The position numbers were made by a program, and so were the translations under genes. Of a DNA stretch of 33,327 nucleotides, positions 27,404-33,327 are shown piece after piece (within the stretch, counting starts at the first letter, position 1; every line of letters begins with the position of its first letter). Origin of the DNA: Caecitellus pseudoparvulus (taxonomy: Eukaryota > Protista > Bigyra: Bicosoecida); NCBI GenBank assembly GCA_965644315.1, contig CBFFRQ010000170.1, forward strand, positions 1 to 33,327, given 5' to 3'. The notes below the pieces were generated by a model that made no database searches, was not told the origin of the DNA, and worked only from the letters and a program-made list of their open reading frames with translations.

Positions 27404-28723
27404 ATGTCCAATCTCATGGACGCCATCGGCAGGCAGAGGCTCCCTGGACAGGGTCCGTGGAAGTTTGCACGAGTAAAAGCAGAGCAGTGGAAGGTGGTGC
27501 CACACTCGACTCTCACACTCATGTGCACCAACACGGCCCTCCAAGTGCCAGAAGGGCCACTTGGCTCCCCTGACGATGTCTACGAAACGCTGGTAGCGGA
27601 CGCCGACCTTGAAACGCCGGAGTTAGACTTCCCTCTGGCCGCCATGGACGGCATGCCTGGCGCACTGGAACAGGCGCTGTCAGTCCGGCTCACAGGGGGC
27701 GCTGATCCCTGGGACGACGCCAAAGACCTGATGCGGCAGGCAGACCCCGGGCATGTGCACGAGGCGTGCAAGAAGCTGCGCGATGCAGTGTCGCGGCTCT
27801 TCCAGCCCAGCATGCTGTCCAAGAGCGAAGCCTTCATGGAGGCAGTGTCTGTGCTGTGCCCCGCCAGGGAGGCGGAGGTCCTGGTCTGCACGCGACACTG
27901 AAAGCAGCCGGCCCACGACGCATTCCTTGACATCAGCTCGCGCTTGGACGGCACGGGGCAAGCTGCCCAGGATGCTCTGCGCTACCTGACTTGGGCGGAT
28001 CGAGGGCGCAACGTGCTCTCGATGGAGGAAGTGCGCCGCAGGCAAACTGCGCGCTTTGCTGCGGTGCGCGACTTTGCCACACCAGACGCCCCGTTTGACT
28101 GCGCCGCGCTCGTGGCAGCCTCCTTGGAGCAGGAGTTGCGCAGGGGGCTCGCCAAGGACGCGGGTGTGTCCGTGAGGCCCCAGGACGTCGGCACAGCGGC
28201 GGCGCTGGGGGCGCTGTTTGAAGCTGCGGTGTATCTGGTGGGCACGATGCGCAATCAAGCGTACAACTTTGCACGCAGCACACCGCCGTTCCCTCACACG
28301 TGCCGGTGGCACGAGCTCTCCGCCGCCAAGCTGTACACTATCGGCGCCGTGCTCGGGCCATTGTGGACCTTCTTGCGCGGGGAGGAGGCCAGCGCCTCCA
28401 CATGGGGCTTCGTCACCCGGGCCTTCCGTGCTACACTTGAGGAGGATGATGAACAGCGTAAGGAGCTGGCCCAAACGCGTGCCGAGGAAGCGCTTGCGCA
28501 GCACCCCGTGGTCAGCACTGACGGCAGTGCCGAGCTGGGCCCCTGCCCGGGCCAGGGATCGGATTCAGGCTCGGGTTCAGGTTCCGAGTCTGGGCTTGAG
28601 CGTGGTGCCGAATCTTCCGGTGTGCTCGGAGAAGGCGAAGCGGTGCAGGGGTGCGGAACGTCACGCGGCACAAAGCGCCCGCTGAGCGATGCAACACCCC
28701 TGAGAAGCATGTCGTTGGAATGA
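27404..28723 (+). pseudogene. Unknown protein of about 440 codons interrupted by one in-frame TGA (27899-27901)
   Basis: ORFs 27404-27901 and 27944-28723 share a frame, and no other stop lies between them. Codon usage looks coding. ORF 27231-27476 may be a frameshifted upstream part. Confidence 0.6.
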
Positions 28724-30604
28724 TGATAAGTACCCTCGGTACAGGGCCATGTGCGTATGCCTGCTCTGAGGCTGGTGACACCGCAACCACTCATATCCCC
28801 ACCGCACGCCCGTCAGCGCAATGCAAGCTATTGCAGCGTGCCAGCGTTCGCTTGCGTGCAGCACCCCCAGCTTGGCGCTGAGGAACAGCTGCACACCTGT
28901 GGCCCATGCAACCACCACACCACTGGAAGCGTACCCCGCCTGGCCTTTTGCCCGTGTGACAAAGAAGCAACGGACCAGCACCAGCAGAACACCCCCCCAC
29001 CCCCCCCTGGACACAAAGGGACACTTTCTGATCTCAGCGCAAATCTGAACGGTGCAAGTCAAGTCCCCTTGCTAGCGTGCGTTTGCACATTGCCTTGGCC
29101 TCGGCCTGCTTGTCGCTGCACGAGTACACAGAAGTGAGCGGCGCACAGCTTGCGTGCCGGGCGTTTCGCCTGCAACGGCATGGGACATGTCACCTCCTCC
29201 GCTCCCGCCTGTCGCCCTCTCCTGCGCAGTGAGCCGGATAGTGTCGTGAAGAGCTGTACACCTCATGGCCTGCAGACGCCATCGCAGGCTGCAGGTTCGT
29301 GCAGGGGCCTAGCACGCGGGTTCAGCATTGGCGTTGCAAAGCCGAGTCACACACAGACCCCTCTGCGTGCAGGCGCCCCCCACCCGAGCTCCCCCTGCCA
29401 GAGCATGCCCTTTCGAGAAAATTGACCTTGTTGCATCGTAGAGTGTGCTCCATGGATGGCTTGAGCGGTGCGTTGGGACACGGGTGACACCGCCCTCACC
29501 ACGGCGTTTCGTGCACATGCTGAGGCACACTGCAAGGCACCGCCCCACACCCGTGCCAGACCCAGCGCCACAGGAACCAGATATTTAAATTGATGCTTGT
29601 CGGTGCCTATTGAAAGCGCGGCAGCTTCCTGTGAGGGTGGGTGAGACTGCATCCTCTGGTCTTTGGTGCCGCCTGCCTCCAACGCCACCTCTACGCAGGC
29701 AGGTCGCTCCCACCCGCCACGCGCACATGCCACCCTGTCAGCTATTCGCAGTGCCCGCTGAGATGATCCAAGTATCTGCCTGAATGCCGCATTCTGTACT
29801 GGGACGGTCTGAATGGTGCGTGGCCATCATGCGCTCCTTCGTGCTTGGCGATCCAGACGGTGCCTGGCACTCCCACACCATCACCCGAGCCACTGCCGCC
29901 CCTTCACAGGAATGGAAGACCTGACGGCCTGATCATGAGGGGCAAGTCCCACCACGGTGCGAGCCAAAATGGGGTGAGTGCGAAGGGCTCCTGCGCTGGT
30001 GCCTTGTGCAGGGAGCGACTACACTGTGACTGCTGGTGTCAAGGTACATTGCCCCATGAGCCTACCGCCCCCACCTGCGCAGGCCTTCCGGGACGCGATG
30101 CTCCAGAATAACTGGTGTACCACCCTGAACGACTTGGAGAGGCTCCCCACAGTGCTTGGCGGACTGAGAGGTGCGCGGCGGCAGAGGCGGGCGGCGGCAA
30201 AGGCGCGTGGCCTGAAGCGTGAGTGCTCCGAGGCGGGTGCCGTGGACGCAGGGCATGCATTGCAGTGCGCAACACCACCTGGTGACAGTTTGATGGCCAG
30301 TGCGAGCTGCAAGGTGCCGTAGACCCCCCCCTCTGCCTGCAATGCACAGCCTGCTGCCAGTTCACCAGGGTACCCTCAAAAACAGGATGTTTGCCCCACC
30401 CCCCAAATCTATTTCCATTCGATACCCCCCCCCACCAAAAGGCATGTCGCCCCCATCAGAAAATCTCATGACGGCACCGTTCACGTGAAGAAGACCTCCA
30501 CACCTTGGGATCTATCCACGGCAACGGCCCCCCTTCAAGTTCTCAAATGCATTATGGCAGGCACTGCACCTTGACAGGAAAGCCATGACAGAAGGGCCGT
30601 CCTG

Positions 30605-32263
30605 TCAGGCGTGCACTCCTCCACCGGTGAAATGTTGGAGCACTCGTAGGCTGTCCAAGCCCACCTCCTCACCAAGGCAAACAAGCCACCCAGCGTCTAT
30701 GGCGGTATGGATGAGATTGATGGCAGGCTGAAGAGAGGGCTTCGCTGTCCTGCAGGCAGCACCGCCTCCTGCTGTGGCTTTAACTGTGGCCAGCGGTGGC
30801 TGGGATGTAATCTGCCTTTGGAGTGTTTCTTCGAGCATCGCCGTTGGCACGGTGTACTTTGCGGAGTGGTATGACACCATGGTTTCATATGCCAGACGTT
30901 TCTTCTCCTTTTCTGTCAAGAGAGAGAACAGTGCTTCCACGATTTGCTGAACATGCTCGCTTCTGGGCTGCACAGCTTCTGTGCAATCTAAGGCGCACAA
31001 GTCAGGCAGTGCCCACGGCGACTGATGCTGGCAAACAAGCTGGAGCAAGGCAGTATGTAGGTCCCGGGGCGTGTGTCCATACCGCTCCAACACATGATTT
31101 AGGGACGCTTGCAGCTTCCCTGCCGCACCCGAGCCTCCCCTCCCTCCACAGTCACCCAGGAACTGTGCATCAAGCTTCCTCGCCACCTCCAGTGCCGCGG
31201 CGCTCGGTTGCTCGTCAGCACTCCGCCCATACAGGCAAAAAGCTGGATCCACCATCTTGCATGCACAGGTGAGGAGGAAAGCTGCCAAGGACGTGGCGGT
31301 CCACGCAGGATTCCCAAGGCAAATGTGGCTGAGGTTGGACTTGCCCCAATCACGTACAAGTTCCAAATGTGTGTACTTGCGTGGGACCTTGCTGGGCTCC
31401 TCATCAGAGAAGAACAACTGTCGTGCCCGCTGAAAGCTTGTGCACATGACAACACTCACAGCAGGACGGCTCATCTTCATCAGACTCCGCAGCTGAATGC
31501 ACCACTCGTTGGCGCAATCCAATAAAAAGTGGTCAAACTGGAACAAGCACTCAGCTTCATCGATGTGTGCAATCACAGCGATGTTCGCTTGCCTCAACAC
31601 AGCGTTTGCCATCGCGATGCGGCCTTCTGACCGGGTCGCCCGCAGTGTAGCGCACACCTCCTGTGGCAGTGTTGCAGAGTCAGCACTGCTCACACCATTG
31701 CCTGAAAGAATGGCCATCAGCTGCTCCCCGGATACCGTTGAAGATAGCTGGCCTTTCGCATGTGCAGCAAGTCGCTTGAGCGCCTGTTGCACTGGCACAC
31801 GCTGGCCAAGAACGCGAAGTTCCTCCGCTATTGCGTTGAGCAGCCACTCTTGAAAGGACCCCGTGCTGGTCCGAATGTGCTCTTGAAGGTTTTGGGTGCA
31901 GCACAGGGTGAGGCTGCCATCTGCTGAGCTGGCGTTCCTCACCGCCATGTGCCCGGCAAAGACTTGGACCAGATGTGACTTGCCGGTGCCGGCGGGACCA
32001 GAGAAAAGGACGGCATCGGAAAGTTCGGGCTTTAAATGCAGTTTGCGCTCTAAGATTGCTAGGGCTTCGAAAGCAGGCATGAGGTGATGCATGGGATGAA
32101 ACGCAAGGTTCCTGACCTTCGTCATACCCAATAGCAGTTCCGTGTCATCCTCCCACGCAGAAGGTAGGCAGCGCTGAGAAAACCCACTGGTGCAAAGCCT
32201 CTCAAAAAGCTTTGCAGTGTCTGCACCGTTGTTGGCGCCCGTGCACACGGCCTCTGCTGCCAT
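30605..32263 (-). CDS. P-loop NTPase (AAA+/STAND-like, possibly CR/RHS-related), about 552 aa from ATG 32263
   Basis: Walker A VLFSGPAGTGKS (~31976-31999), Walker B VIAHIDEAE and YGHTPRDL. The upstream part of the listed ORF looks intronic (GTGAGT at 32366 ... CTACTCACAG at 32266). Confidence 0.8.
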   Translation of the reverse strand: MAAEAVCTGANNGADTAKLFERLCTSGFSQRCLPSAWEDDTELLLGMTKVRNLAFHPMHHLMPAFEALAILERKLHLKPELSDAVLFSGPAGTGKSHLVQVFAGHMAVRNASSADGSLTLCCTQNLQEHIRTSTGSFQEWLLNAIAEELRVLGQRVPVQQALKRLAAHAKGQLSSTVSGEQLMAILSGNGVSSADSATLPQEVCATLRATRSEGRIAMANAVLRQANIAVIAHIDEAECLFQFDHFLLDCANEWCIQLRSLMKMSRPAVSVVMCTSFQRARQLFFSDEEPSKVPRKYTHLELVRDWGKSNLSHICLGNPAWTATSLAAFLLTCACKMVDPAFCLYGRSADEQPSAAALEVARKLDAQFLGDCGGRGGSGAAGKLQASLNHVLERYGHTPRDLHTALLQLVCQHQSPWALPDLCALDCTEAVQPRSEHVQQIVEALFSLLTEKEKKRLAYETMVSYHSAKYTVPTAMLEETLQRQITSQPPLATVKATAGGGAACRTAKPSLQPAINLIHTAIDAGWLVCLGEEVGLDSLRVLQHFTGGGVHA

Positions 32264-33327
32264 GCCTGTGAGTAGAAGAATTCTCCGCGAGTCAACGCAA
32301 ACACGCGCCAAAATATGCAAGAGCACAAGCAAGCAGCGCCACACCATGCCACAATGCTGCACTCACTGTGATTTCTTGGAGTTGACGCGCAAGTTTCGTT
32401 GCACAGCCTGAATCTACCGTGCCAGACTTGCGCCCCCAAGTGCTTGTAAAGGGTGAGATGCGGAATTTGAACCTACTCACACCACCCACGCAACGCTCGC
32501 CTGCGTCGGGCGCAGCGAGGGGCAGACCAGACACAGACAGAGGCAAGAGAGGGTATGCTGTATAAGACACAGTGCATGCCTTCTTGTTGGCATAATGTGT
32601 GGGTCCCTGGGAAAGTGATGGGCAGGTATAGCAGGATTGGTGCTGGGGGGGGGCCGCCACTCTGCTGGACCCCCCCAGCCCAGCGCCGAGTGGACGCTGT
32701 CCCCTTATGCCATGGCAGAAATGGGTGATCAACCCTCGCTCTGGTGCTTTCCATGCGGCAACGGCACCACCTTGTTCACACGAACCTTCGCCAGCGCCAG
32801 GGACATGGTGCGGGTCAGTGCTGCTGCGGCCAGTCGGCTGCTACTGGCCGACGCCCCCGTCGGCGATGACCTCATCCAGCAGCGCCCCAAGGACGACGTG
32901 GCTCTGGAGTGCCTCCGAGAGGCTCCCTTGGACATGAATGTGCCTCCCAGCGCGGCTGCCTTGGCTGGCTCAATGGTTGGCCGCGCAGGGCATGCTCATT
33001 GCATCTCACGCACAGTCCCTGGGACTGTCTGGTTCCACTATAAGGACCACTCGTGCAGCGCTGGGTCAATCTAGGCTACCATCATAGCACGGGAAAGGGG
33101 TTCTGGTGGCCTTTCAACGCAACCCTGCTGAGCTGGGCGTCGCGTTGGTACTGCGAGATGGGGAATACTTCGTGGATGCTGCGCTGAGGATACAGTCGGT
33201 GTGAAGAAGCCCTGTGGACTTGCCGACAGTGTAGAATCACACATGCATAGGTGAAGGTCCAAAATGGTGCCCTGTGTGATTCAGTCCAATAGGTAAATTG
33301 GTGGGCTGGAAAGGGAATAGTGAATCG

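Noticed and set aside
28724-30600. Short ORFs and C/G homopolymer runs
   Set aside because: No recognisable motifs or consistent frame; treated as intergenic.
32637-33074. 145-aa plus-strand ORF
   Set aside because: The central part looks weakly coding, but no motif or homologue in the window supports a call.

Overview
This is the left end of a chromosome from a GC-rich eukaryote with TTAGGG telomeres and GT-AG introns, probably a protist; the species cannot be determined from the sequence. About 202 perfect TAACCC repeats (1-1216) cap a 2.9-kb cassette with one long ORF that has a possible RRM, a basic patch and a candidate papain-like Cys/His/Asn triad. A 3-unit interstitial (TAACCC)3 tract follows and is fused directly onto a 5'-truncated non-LTR retrotransposon, whose ORF keeps the C-terminal half of the APE endonuclease, an intact RT and a CCHC knuckle. 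A 176-bp tandem array comes next. Both distal units have their 5' ends toward the telomere, as in telomere-resident retroelement chains, and this tandem is the most interesting feature of the window. The subtelomere holds two decayed ankyrin-repeat paralogues, a ~1900-aa WD40-like/SPRY/EF-hand/TM gene, a spliced Crinkler/RHS-type NTPase plus REase gene, an FN3/EGF-like pseudogene, an old ~0.95-kb dispersed duplication, further disrupted ORFs and a second P-loop NTPase. All domain calls come from motifs recognised by eye, not from database searches.
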